A DNA stretch of 64,000 nt from an uncultured Nitrospiraceae bacterium (GTDB lineage: Bacteria > Nitrospirota > Thermodesulfovibrionia > Thermodesulfovibrionales > SM23-35), in assembly GCA_963727775.1 (NCBI GenBank), contig CAVSHB010000004.1:160001-224000 (forward strand). The letters run 5' to 3'. A program made the position numbers and the translations under genes. Shown here in pieces: positions 39,943-50,055 of this stretch. Position 1 is the stretch's first letter; every line of letters begins with the position of its first letter. The notes below the pieces were generated by a model, which saw nothing but the letters and a program-made list of their open reading frames with translations, made no database searches and was not told where the DNA came from.

Positions 39943-40000
39943 TGTAGCCGCAGGCTTTAGCCTGCGTTCAACTCATCGCACCCTAAAGGGTGCGGCTACA
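39943..40000. repeat. GTAG-family REP doublet
   Basis: TGTAGCCGCAGGCTTTAGCCTGCG ... CGCACCCTAAAGGGTGCGGCTACA (inverted pair). Confidence 0.8.
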
Positions 40001-40001
40001 T

Positions 40002-42201
40002 CTATAGTATCGGCTCCATCTCAAGCGCCGGATGTCCGACACCTGCAAGGAACTCGAGTAATTTCTCGGAATCTTCACAGATAGTTTCATCCGCTATCTT
40101 GTCAAAGAGATCGGGAATACCTTCCTCCGCCGACCTCTGTGCTAAAGTCTCTTTCAGACTCTCTTTCAGGTTTTTAGTCATCCAGACAATCCGCTTAATC
40201 CCACCGTCCCCGGCAAGAAATTTTTTGCTGATTATGAAATTCCTGCCGATCCCCATGAAGCCGGGGTTCTGCGTGCCGCCGCCGACGGTCCCTGCCAACG
40301 AGGAGAATTTCATCCCTATCGGCGTCATACCGGTATGTCCGCGCTGGACGATCATGATGCCGTTCGCCTCGGGAATGATCGCAACTATACACTCGAAGCA
40401 TCCGCAGGAAGTCATGGGGTTTTCCATAATAGTGTAAAGATTCAGACGTCTCGACGGCTCCGCCCGACGCCTTCTTCAGATAATCATCGATGCCGGTATA
40501 TCTGCCGAATCTTGCATCAATAAGGTCTCCCTTTGGAATAGGCTGGTTTCCGCCTGTCGGGTCTATCTCGAATGCGGCTTTGCAGTCAAGCCAGTTGTAC
40601 GCTCCGCAGAGACCGAGCCTTTCAGGGCTGATGACACAGACATGGGAAGGAGCAAAAGACTGACAGAGAAGGCATGAATAGAAGGTGTCCACTGCTTCAT
40701 CAACCAATCCACCGAGTCTCTGGTCACGCTCTTTGTATGAGCTCCTCGCTTCTTCCTGGACCCTTAATACATCTTCCTCTTCTGTATAAATCGTCACCTG
40801 TACTTTATCCACAATAGACTTGAACCTGTGGTGGGTCATAGTAGCGTTGATTATCCCGAGATGCTCAAGTGTAAACCCTTCTTTCTTTGCATTGTGGTTG
40901 ATCCTTATCCAGTTGATATCACGCTGGCCCATGTGCCATATACCCTGGGCCTCATTAATATTGTGATGGATTTTTCTTTCTATAACAGACTCAAAATCCT
41001 TCTGCATCTTTCTGCCTGCCACGTCTATAACAATGGCGAGCGGCATCTTTCCGCCCTGCTCATATTTTTCCTGCCAGTTATTTCCGACAATACTTATCTT
41101 GCCGTCTTCTATCTCTTCCATTTCCCTCATCCTCACCCATTCAAATGAAGGAGTGCGCGCCCCGCCGAACTCGATAAACATATCTTCTTTCCGGATTCTC
41201 TCGCCCTCAAACGCGGGACCGTATGAAACGGGGATTGGAGGCTTTTCGACAGTAATCTTTAACCCCCTTACTTCGATCGCTTTCTGAACAATCTTATTAT
41301 GGTCGAACTCTTTTTCAACCTCTTCATAGATACAAACGCCGGAAGGATGAATAACAGGGATATCAGTATCACAGATCGCGGGGTACCCCATATTTATTGC
41401 GCCCGCTCCGGTAGTCCACTTGATCTCATCCAACTCGCCGAGCACAAGTGCGAAGGCAAAGACCCTGTCCTTCGTGTATTTGAGATGGGCATTGAAATCG
41501 CCGGGCTTTTTTCCTCCAAAGATCAAAGATGCCCTCACAGACCAGCCCAATGGGTATATGGTGTGTTCCGTGTCGGGTCCCACGGGGACTATCCTCGTGT
41601 CCCAGCCGAGTTCGATCCCTTTTCTGAGAAGCTGTTTCGTAACGCTGTTGCCGTTCGTATGGCCCGAAAGGAAGGTAAGGATGTTCTTTTCCTGAAGCTC
41701 CCGCACAATCTTTACTGCGGTATCATCGTCAGGGGCTGCACCAATGATTGCAGCAAAACCGGGCATTGTCCCGTCAACCAGCTGTATTCCCAAACTTCTT
41801 TGGATGGTGTCGGTAATAAAACCATTATATACATACCCTGTTTCCAGGTCCACTGCAGGCTCAAGGCCGTTGATGTATCTTACGGCCATGATTATCTCTT
41901 CAGCAAACATCGTTGCCATACCGGAATCAAGCGCTTCGCCTAAATAAGGTTTCCATAGGTGCTCCTCAGGCTCCGCATGAAGCAATTCCTTTGCCATCCC
42001 CAGCGCAACCTTCATATCCGAGAGGGTCTTCACGGAAAAGCCGGTCATGGCATATATCATGGGGAGATAATACGCAGTATCGGGAAACTCGAAATTAAAA
42101 TCTCCGCCTCTCTCAGTAATAGCCTTTTCAAGCGTCTCCTCGGCATGATTTACCAGTTTGTGCGCCCCTTTGATGGCTGCTGAGGCTATTAACTTGGACA
42201 T
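40002..42201 (-). CDS. acsB: Acetyl-CoA synthase; frameshifted at ~40446 (assembly error or pseudogene)
   Basis: FPDTAYYLP, GPAFEGERIRK, CLLCQSFAP...LGLCGA in one frame; PMTSCGCFEC in the next frame; removing one base restores AVETLNLYTIMENP. Confidence 0.9.
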
Positions 42202-42282
42202 TCCTACCTCCTCTTTATTCCAGATAATATTTTTCTATATATTATAATATATTTAACATAATAACTTGCTTTAACTATCCAT

Positions 42283-43626
42283 TTATGCCGTCCGTGATTT
42301 TAAGAATGCGGGCAGACCGTTTGCCTCTCGCGGCCCGACGGTAATCTTCCAGCCTTCGAGTTTGTCCTCTATCGCGCCGCTTAGTATCGCTACATAGCCG
42401 GGAATAATAAGCTCCCTGTGTTTTATGTTGCCCTCTACTCCGCTTTCTTTGATGAACTGCGCGATTTTTGATGCCGTGAATTTACCCGCCGCCCATGCCG
42501 TAAGCACCGAGAGACCTTCGCAATCCATCACAGCGAGATAACCCGGCACTCTGCTGTTTTCGAGCTCGCCGGATACGATAAAATACGTGAGCGAGAAATT
42601 TGTCGTAATGAACAACGGAGAATCGGATGTCGGCTCGCCGACTTTGTAGACCTTTTGCTCGACCTGCATCGGTACCTGCGGGTCAGTGTAGATGTTCTGC
42701 CTTAGCGTGAAAAGGGCAAGGTTCTTCCATTTTTCGATGCTGCTCAAAACAACTATGGAAGAATATTTTGCCACTGCGACTGACGCCACGAGTGTTTCCA
42801 CAAGGCTGTCTTCCCTCTGCGCAAAAGTTATCACCGGATAGCCGAGCGGCTTAAAGTTCTTCTTTACCGCAGACCTTCTGATTAATGTGTTATGCTCCAG
42901 GATTTCCTTTGCCTTTCTTGCTCCGGAGTCTATGACCATATCTTCTACCCCGAGGGACTTTACCTTTTCCGTAAGATTAACAAGTTCGTCGAGGCCGTTC
43001 GCTGTAACGCCGAGTGTCGCTTTGTATGTTTTTGCAAGGTTGCCCATAAGGTCTATATTCGCCGTATTCGCTCCGTAAATAACCGGCTTCTTTTCAGAAA
43101 ACAATTTTACCGCGGCCTCGGCAGCCTGAGGATTATCGGTACAGATGATCACCGGCACTCCAGGCGCATTTGATGAAATAATCCCGGCGGCTGATTCGAA
43201 CTTGCCGGCGTCACCCGAAGCATTGACCAATGCTATTGAATCAATCCTGAGCTTTTGACCTACCCTGTCTATCTCAGAGTTAAGAATTTCTTCGACCTTG
43301 TCCTTTATATCAGGCTCCGACAAAGTATCCTTAATCTCCATTGCAAAAACGCACGGATTAACAAACCTTTTGTCATGCCGGAAAAGCACCGTCTCTTCTC
43401 CCATCTTGACGGCTTTTTCGCCCGTGCCGATCGTAATAGGTCTCACGGGCGGAGCGGATGCCGCACCCAGTTTCTGTTTCGCGTCCTCTGAAACGTCCGG
43501 ACATGATTCCAGGGAAGCCTGTCTCTGCGCAAGTTTCATTGCAAAGGCAAGGCATGTTGGGAAACCGCATTTTTTACAATTTGTTTTCGGCAGAAGCTTA
43601 AAAATCTCAACACCGGTTAAAGCCAT
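42283..43626 (-). CDS. acsC: Corrinoid Fe-S protein large subunit
   Basis: LPKTNCKKCGFPTCLAFA, YTDPQ, TTNFSLTY, SVLTAWAAGK. Confidence 0.95.
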   Translation of the reverse strand: MALTGVEIFKLLPKTNCKKCGFPTCLAFAMKLAQRQASLESCPDVSEDAKQKLGAASAPPVRPITIGTGEKAVKMGEETVLFRHDKRFVNPCVFAMEIKDTLSEPDIKDKVEEILNSEIDRVGQKLRIDSIALVNASGDAGKFESAAGIISSNAPGVPVIICTDNPQAAEAAVKLFSEKKPVIYGANTANIDLMGNLAKTYKATLGVTANGLDELVNLTEKVKSLGVEDMVIDSGARKAKEILEHNTLIRRSAVKKNFKPLGYPVITFAQREDSLVETLVASVAVAKYSSIVVLSSIEKWKNLALFTLRQNIYTDPQVPMQVEQKVYKVGEPTSDSPLFITTNFSLTYFIVSGELENSRVPGYLAVMDCEGLSVLTAWAAGKFTASKIAQFIKESGVEGNIKHRELIIPGYVAILSGAIEDKLEGWKITVGPREANGLPAFLKSRTA

Positions 43627-43719
43627 AGTAACCCTCCAGACAATATTAGATAAACTTCAAAGGCAAAGGCAAAGAAAAACTATTTCGTGTCTAAACCTTT
43701 ACCTGGAACTTTATCCTTG

Positions 43720-44662
43720 CTATGTTAATTCCTCAATCACTTTCCCTACTGCCTCAATAGCCTTCGGATGTCTCATGATAAGAATCTCAGCACCGGCAAT
43801 CAGGAGGGAGATGGCAGTAACAGCCTCCCAGGCAACGCTTCTTTCACTCTACACCGCCCCATTGCGGAACATCAGTCTCTTTGGCCTGCGTCTCCTTAAC
43901 TTTCCATACATACATCCCTACATCTCCCAACAGAGGCTGCTGCATCGTGGCATCATTCTGGGCAAGCGCGGCAAGTCTTATCCTCTCCATGACGGAATAA
44001 GTATATTCAAGACCATACCCGAGGGCGGAACACATAGGGTCTGTAATGATCCTCTCCTTCTCAAAGCCCATCTGGGAGATGAGAATGTTCAACTGCTTCG
44101 AGAGATTGATATCAAGCTCCGACATTGCAATCAGTTTATGGTTATTCGCCATTGCGGCTGCCGCAATGGTCTTGTAATTGGCCTCCTGCGCCTTGCCGAT
44201 TATACAATTCCGGTCTTTCGCGGCTTCAGCAGCAGCGACCAGGACAGATGCGTCCTTCTCGGTATGGTTGCTGCCGAGTATGATTAAAGGCACATCTATC
44301 GAAGAAAGAACATCTTTGACAATCTTTGCAGCCTCTTCAGGGGAGCGGTTTTCCCTGTCAGGATGAGTACCCATAAGCCTGAGAGCAATCGCCTCAGCCT
44401 TTAAGGTATCCTTGCAGAACTTTGCCCACGTTACCGGATCATTCGAGACATCATTATAGGGTTTCTGTACTTCTTCGGGCCAATCATTAGGCGGAACATC
44501 CTGTATTTCATAAGCTATTACCGGCTTGTTCTGTGACGCTCCTTCAAAGGCATGAAAAGGAAGTACGTTTTCGCCTCCAAAGGTAACTTCTTTGGCGCCG
44601 GTGCCGATGCTTACAGAATAAATCTTACCCGGATACGTCTCTTTCGGCGGTACAAATGCCAT
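43720..44662 (-). CDS. acsD: Corrinoid Fe-S protein small subunit; frameshifted at ~43846
   Basis: GGENVLPF, DINLSKQLN, ALGYGLEYTYSVMERIR; conserved tail ERSVAWEAVTA...IMRHP in the shifted frame to TAG 43720. Confidence 0.9.
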
Positions 44663-44713
44663 GTCTTATCCTCCTTGCTGTAAAAGGGTCCGAAAGGCCT
44701 TGAACCCTAAATT

Positions 44714-45496
44714 TCACAGTTCCATATATGAATGCGCATAAAGTGTTCTACCCATTATCACATCAATAGTCTTGACAGTCGGCACAACTTCATGCGGATC
44801 CGCTATAGCCGCAGTCAACCCCTCATATATCAACAGAGAAAGATAATAATTGTTCAGTACTGGTCTCAACTGCTTCGGACATCCGTTCGATATATTGCTG
44901 AGGCCCACAACGGTCTTCATTGGCGGATCATTCAGTTCCTGGAACATCTTCACTGCCTTTATGACCTTTAACGCATGGTCTTGAGAAGTGGCTACCTGAA
45001 GGACCAATGGATCAAGATATAAGTCTTCCAGCGGGACTCCGGATTCCCCAGCCCTTGCCATAATCTCCGCCGCAATGGCCGCCCTTTCTTCGGCGTCTGC
45101 TGGCAATCCCCCCCTACCGACTGTAAGACCGATTATCTGAGAATTATATTTTGCCGCAAGCTCAAGAATTGCAAATCTGTCGGGATCATTTGATGTAGAA
45201 TTTATCAAAGGTCTTCCCCATTGGTTGTTATGGACTTTGAGGCCCGCCTCAATTGCGCTGTAGTTTGTTGTATCAAGGCATACAGGCAAGGGGACCACCT
45301 CCTGTATCGATGTTACCATCCATTGCATTAGGTCCTCACCGCCATCCTCCGCAGGTCCGATATTGGCGTCTATCATTCCTGCGCCTGCTTTCCATTGGGC
45401 AACTGCGATTTCCTGCACAGGGCCTTTGTCCTTTTTCATCATCGCTTCTCTGACCCTCTTTGCTATTATGCTCAGCTTTTCACCGATAATTAACAT
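44714..45496 (-). CDS. acsE: Methyltetrahydrofolate:corrinoid Fe-S protein methyltransferase
   Basis: LIIGEK, IDANIGP, LDTTN, LINS, DPL, VGLSNISNG. Confidence 0.92.
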   Translation of the reverse strand: MLIIGEKLSIIAKRVREAMMKKDKGPVQEIAVAQWKAGAGMIDANIGPAEDGGEDLMQWMVTSIQEVVPLPVCLDTTNYSAIEAGLKVHNNQWGRPLINSTSNDPDRFAILELAAKYNSQIIGLTVGRGGLPADAEERAAIAAEIMARAGESGVPLEDLYLDPLVLQVATSQDHALKVIKAVKMFQELNDPPMKTVVGLSNISNGCPKQLRPVLNNYYLSLLIYEGLTAAIADPHEVVPTVKTIDVIMGRTLYAHSYMEL

Positions 45497-45762
45497 TCGC
45501 TTATAACTCCTTTCTGACTATAAAGGGCGATTCGTTTTATAATTTTCAGAATCGCCCCGCTATTATATTATTATGATAAAAGCGACCGCCTTTTCCCCTG
45601 AGATTTTCGCCCATAGGAATATGATTATTGAAAACAATAACATAAATTTATTTTTCAGGTAAAGATTATTCTAAATCAAATGCTAAAATTTTTAATTGTT
45701 GCCTTGCTCAAAAAACACTTGATTTTTAGAAATATAAGGTATAAAATTTTCGTTAATTAAGG

Positions 45763-45791
45763 TTGACAAAGTTTTCGCGTTATACTATCTT
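45763..45791 (+). promoter_or_regulatory. Candidate sigma70 promoter of the small lipoprotein gene
   Basis: TTGACA-17 bp-TATCTT. Confidence 0.5.
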
Positions 45792-45836
45792 TTTAAGATT
45801 AGTAAAGATTTACTAAGGGAGGGAGGTGAGAATTTA

Positions 45837-46031
45837 ATGAAGAAGATTTTAGCGTTAGTATTATCATTAATGTTATTGGTGGCATTTACCGTTGGCTGCA
45901 AACCGGCTGAAACACCAAAGCCAGAGGCGCCAAAACCGGCTGCTGAAGCTCCGGCCCCAGCACCGGCACCAGAGAAACCAGCTGAAGCTCCGGCACAGGC
46001 ACCAGCGCCAGAGAAACCGGCGAGCAAGTAG
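45837..46031 (+). CDS. Small Pro/Ala-rich lipoprotein
   Basis: GGGAGGTGA RBS; signal peptide with lipobox TVGC; repeated PEKPAEAPA; own terminator. Confidence 0.72.
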   Translation: MKKILALVLSLMLLVAFTVGCKPAETPKPEAPKPAAEAPAPAPAPEKPAEAPAQAPAPEKPASK

Positions 46032-46042
46032 GATTTTATATT

Positions 46043-46080
46043 TTCAGGGGATAGGTTCATGTAACTTATCCCCTGAATTT
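46043..46080 (+). terminator. Intrinsic terminator
   Basis: TTCAGGGGATAGG / CTTATCCCCTGAA hairpin followed by T-rich sequence. Confidence 0.65.
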
Positions 46081-46137
46081 GCTTTTTGCGGTCGGTAACT
46101 GGTATATTTTCTTGAACAATCCTGTAGTTTTAATTCG

Positions 46138-46161
46138 AAGAGTGGGTAGTCCCACTCTTTT
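46138..46161 (+). promoter_or_regulatory. rimP leader hairpin (attenuator-like)
   Basis: AAGAGTGGG-TAGT-CCCACTCTTTT upstream of rimP, matching the widely conserved rimP-leader motif. Confidence 0.7.
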
Positions 46162-46241
46162 GTTTTATGGGGTTTTTTTATGCACGATAAAGTGCGCTAC
46201 CTTTAAGGTAAAGCCTTAATGGAGTTGTCTTAGCATAGATT

Positions 46242-46697
46242 ATGAACGGTGATATTAAACAGAAGGTTTTGGATTTGGCGAACGATGTCGCTGAAGGACA
46301 AGGTCTGCAAATCTTTGACATCGAATTATTAGGAAGGGGCAGGATATTGCTCAGGGTTATTATTGACAGAGAAAGCGGGGTTACTCTCGATGACTGTGAA
46401 AGGTTCAGTAAAGCCTTCGGGGCTGCGCTTGACGTTGAAAACCCTTTGCCACGCTCATATAACCTTGAGGTTTCTTCGCCGGGACTTGACAGGCCGCTGA
46501 GGAAATTAAAGGATTTTGAAAAGAACATCGGCAAACTCGCACGCATAACAACCGCCGAAAAAATTGAGAACCAGAATTTTCTTATCGGCAGGATAACGGA
46601 AGTCAGTGATGATTCCGTCAGACTTATGATAAAAGAACTTGAAATAAATATACCTTTTGATAAAATTAGCAAAGCAAGACTGGAGATAGAGCTTTAA
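46242..46697 (+). CDS. rimP: Ribosome maturation factor RimP
   Basis: LRVIID, LDDC, YNLEVSSPGLDRPL. Confidence 0.95.
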   Translation: MNGDIKQKVLDLANDVAEGQGLQIFDIELLGRGRILLRVIIDRESGVTLDDCERFSKAFGAALDVENPLPRSYNLEVSSPGLDRPLRKLKDFEKNIGKLARITTAEKIENQNFLIGRITEVSDDSVRLMIKELEINIPFDKISKARLEIEL

Positions 46698-47788
46698 TGG
46701 CAAAAGAACTCTGCTATGTCGTAGACCAGATAAGTAGAGAAAAGGGGATTCCGAGAGAAGTATTGATCGAAACCCTGCGCTCGGCATTGCTTTCTGCAAC
46801 AAGAAAGAAATTCGGGGGACGGACAAACATAGATCTCAAGATTGATCTGAAGACGTGCGACATCTCAGTCTTTGAAACAAAACAAATTGTCTCGGCGGTA
46901 TCGAACAAAGATGAAGAAATATCTATCGATGAAGCCGCGAAGATTTCCCCTGATGCAGTTGAGGGCGGGACTCTGGATATGCCATTGGACCTTCACGATT
47001 TCAGCAGGATTGCCGCACAGACAGCAAAACAGGTTATCTTTCAGAGGGTAAGAGAAGCCGAACGTGATGTTATTTTTAATGAATTTAAAGACAAGATCGG
47101 CCTGATTGTGAGCGGAGTGGTCATGAGAAAAGAAAAAGGGGTATACTTCCTTAACCTCGGCAAGACAGAGGCGATACTTTCTATAAAGGAAACACTTCCT
47201 AATGAGAATCTTAAAAGAGGAGACACTGTAAGGGCATATATAGAAGACGTAAGAATTACGCCCAAAGGGCCTGCGATTATGGTGACAAGATCCAGCCCTA
47301 ATTTTGTTGCCGCCCTGTTCAAAATGGAAGTCCCTGAGATCAACGACGGGCTTGTTATTGTTAAAGATATTGTAAGAGAACCGGGAGAAAGGACAAAACT
47401 CGCGGTGTTTTCCAAAAATCCGGCTATTGACCCGGTCGGCGCGTGCGTAGGGATGAAAGGGACAAGGGTACAGTCAATCGTTCGCGAGCTCAGGGGCGAG
47501 AGAATAGACATCATACCCTGGAGTGACGATCCAAGGCAGCTTGTCGCGAGGGCATTAAGCCCTGCTACAGTCGACAGGATCGGAATCAATGAAGAATCAA
47601 AAACAGCCATGGTAGTTGTAAACGACCAGCAGCTCTCTCTTGCTATCGGCAAAAGAGGCCAGAATGTCAGGCTTGCGATGAAACTCACAGGCTGGGACAT
47701 TGACATACTGAGTGAAACCGAATATTCCAAGATCAGAGTAGAAGAAGCAGAGAAGACATTCTCTCCTCCTCCTTCTTCTGATGGTTAA
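46697..47788 (+). CDS. nusA: Transcription factor NusA (no AR domains)
   Basis: RIAAQTAKQVI, EVPEI, DPVGACVG, AIGKRGQNVRLA. Confidence 0.96.
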   Translation: MAKELCYVVDQISREKGIPREVLIETLRSALLSATRKKFGGRTNIDLKIDLKTCDISVFETKQIVSAVSNKDEEISIDEAAKISPDAVEGGTLDMPLDLHDFSRIAAQTAKQVIFQRVREAERDVIFNEFKDKIGLIVSGVVMRKEKGVYFLNLGKTEAILSIKETLPNENLKRGDTVRAYIEDVRITPKGPAIMVTRSSPNFVAALFKMEVPEINDGLVIVKDIVREPGERTKLAVFSKNPAIDPVGACVGMKGTRVQSIVRELRGERIDIIPWSDDPRQLVARALSPATVDRIGINEESKTAMVVVNDQQLSLAIGKRGQNVRLAMKLTGWDIDILSETEYSKIRVEEAEKTFSPPPSSDG

Positions 47789-49871
47789 AGACCTATCAGA
47801 CCTTCAGATCCAATATATTAAAGGTGTAGGTCCCCACAGAGCAGGATTGCTCAACCGCCTCGGAATCAAAACAGTCAAAGACTCCTTATTTTACCTCCCT
47901 TATAGATACGAAGACAGAAGAAGCATCAAAAAAATAAGCGATCTCATTTACGGAAATACAGAGATTGCTGCAGGGAAAGTAGTCTCTGCCGAAGTAATAA
48001 AACTCCGCGGGAAAAACCTGAAATTATTCGAACTCACAATCAATGACGGCAGCGGACTCTTAAAGGGCAAATGGTTCAATCAGCCTTTCATGAAAAGAAA
48101 CTTTAAGGTCGGGCAGGAGGTCCTCCTTTGTGGGGTCGTCAAAAAAAATGCATACAGCGGCATCGGCTGCGAGATGGACAACCCCGATTATGAGATCATG
48201 CGTGACGATGAGGATTCGTTTATCCATATGAACAGGATTGTGCCTGTATACAGAGTGACCAGCGGATTGACCGTAAGACAGATGCGCTCCATCATGTTCA
48301 ATATTATTACCATATACATCAAGGAAGTAAGCGATGCGGTCCCCGAAGAAATCCTAAAGAGGAATGCCATGCCCAGCCTGTCTGAAAGTCTCTCGAACAT
48401 ACACTTCCCGGATGCAAAAACCGACATCGGACTTTTGAACAGCGGCGTAAGCACTTTCCATGAAAGGCTCTCTTTCGATGAGCTTTTTATGCTTGAACTC
48501 GGACTTGCAGTAATAAAGAAAGGGAGCGCGCTCGAAAAAGGGATGTCCTTTAACCCTGAAGGGAGACTCCTGAAAAAGTTTATAAATATGCTTTCATTTA
48601 AACTGACAAAAGCGCAGGAAAGAGTATTCGATGACATATCCGGCGACATGAAAAGGCATTACCCTATGAACAGGCTCATACAGGGCGATGTCGGATGCGG
48701 CAAAACGGTCATAGCGCTCATGGCGATGATAGTCGCAGCAGAAAGCGGATTTCAATCAGCACTGATGGCGCCGACCGAAATCCTAGCCGAGCAGCATTAT
48801 ATAAACATCCGCCGTATCATGGAAGATATCGGGCTGAAGGTATGCCTTTTGACCGCGAGCAAGAAGGAACGGCCTCTCCACGAGATTGCCGCAGGAGAGA
48901 TCGATATGGTTGTAGGTACCCATGCGCTCATCCAGGAAGGCGTAGTATTCAAAAACCTTGGACTCGCGGTAATAGACGAGCAGCACAGGTTCGGTGTAAT
49001 GCAGAGGGCGCTACTCCGCAAAAAGGCGATCAACCCGGATGTACTGGTCATGACAGCCACCCCGATACCAAGGACTTTGGCGCTCACCCTATACGGCGAC
49101 CTTGATTACTCTGTGATTGATGAACTGCCCCCTGACAGGAGGCCTGTGACTACCCTCCTGTTTCACCCCAAACAGAAGGACTCTGTATACGAACTTATCA
49201 GGGAAGAAATAAAAAAGGGAAGACAGGTATATGTTGTTTATCCGCTCATCGAAGAGTCTGAAAAAACCGACCTCAGGTCGGCAACAATAGGTAAAAATGC
49301 CTTTGAGAAGTTTTTCCCTGAATTCAGGGTCGGGCTGATTCACGGTAGGATGAAGGCGCAGGAACGGGAACAGATAATGGCTTCCTTTAAACAGGGGGAT
49401 TTAGACCTACTGGTAAGCACGACCGTCATAGAAGTGGGCGTAGACGTGCCAAACGCTGCGTTGATGATTATAATACATGCTGAGAGGTTCGGACTCTCGC
49501 AGCTCCATCAGTTAAGAGGAAGGATCGGCAGAGGTCCGCACCAATCATATTGTATATTGCTTGCGTATGAGCCCTACAGTCATGAAGCAAGGCGAAGACT
49601 CAATATAATGGTAAAAAGCAGTGACGGTTTCAGGATAGCAGAAGAAGACCTGGCGATAAGGGGACCGGGTGAATTCTTTGGAACCCGTCAGTCAGGCATC
49701 CCGGACCTGAAGATAGCCGATATTGTCAGGGATGCAATTCTACTTAATGAAGCGAGGAAAGAGGCCTTTGACATAATCGACAGAGACCCGGAATTGAAGG
49801 GTCATCCCTCGCTGAAGAAATCCCTTGAGGATTTCTGGAGAGGAAAGATTGAGCTTTATAAGACCGGCTGA
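47781..49871 (+). CDS. recG: ATP-dependent DNA helicase RecG
   Basis: QGDVGCGKT, DEQHRFG, MTATPIPRT, QLHQLRGRIGR, DGFRIAE.DL..RGPGE. Confidence 0.96.
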   Translation: MVKDLSDLQIQYIKGVGPHRAGLLNRLGIKTVKDSLFYLPYRYEDRRSIKKISDLIYGNTEIAAGKVVSAEVIKLRGKNLKLFELTINDGSGLLKGKWFNQPFMKRNFKVGQEVLLCGVVKKNAYSGIGCEMDNPDYEIMRDDEDSFIHMNRIVPVYRVTSGLTVRQMRSIMFNIITIYIKEVSDAVPEEILKRNAMPSLSESLSNIHFPDAKTDIGLLNSGVSTFHERLSFDELFMLELGLAVIKKGSALEKGMSFNPEGRLLKKFINMLSFKLTKAQERVFDDISGDMKRHYPMNRLIQGDVGCGKTVIALMAMIVAAESGFQSALMAPTEILAEQHYINIRRIMEDIGLKVCLLTASKKERPLHEIAAGEIDMVVGTHALIQEGVVFKNLGLAVIDEQHRFGVMQRALLRKKAINPDVLVMTATPIPRTLALTLYGDLDYSVIDELPPDRRPVTTLLFHPKQKDSVYELIREEIKKGRQVYVVYPLIEESEKTDLRSATIGKNAFEKFFPEFRVGLIHGRMKAQEREQIMASFKQGDLDLLVSTTVIEVGVDVPNAALMIIIHAERFGLSQLHQLRGRIGRGPHQSYCILLAYEPYSHEARRRLNIMVKSSDGFRIAEEDLAIRGPGEFFGTRQSGIPDLKIADIVRDAILLNEARKEAFDIIDRDPELKGHPSLKKSLEDFWRGKIELYKTG

Positions 49872-50055
49872 TTTCCAAAGTGAGGACATTTTCATAACAG
49901 TTCCCCCACGTCCTTTAATAACCGCCTTGTGATATAATTTGTTCATGCAAAATGCAATCCGCCATCGCGAGTCGGCGCACGAATCTTACAATGCCGAAGC
50001 AAGGGAAGACTTTGGTAAAAAGATTGAACTTTAATAAGACCGGCTGAAGGATATT

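Noticed and set aside
43658..43719. CAAAGG hexamer repeats with loose inverted counterparts between acsD and acsC
   Set aside because: Too short and degenerate to assign a function.
43844..43846. TGA in acsD as a possible selenocysteine
   Set aside because: Read-through gives unrelated sequence; AcsD similarity resumes in a different frame, so it is a frameshift.
45500..45760. Cobalamin riboswitch upstream of acsE
   Set aside because: AT-rich region with no B12-box consensus visible.
3954..49343. Long antisense or alternative-frame ORFs (e.g. 3954-4601, 12026-12655, 41299-41943, 43298-44287, 47041-47730)
   Set aside because: Shadows of well-supported genes, with no recognisable motifs.
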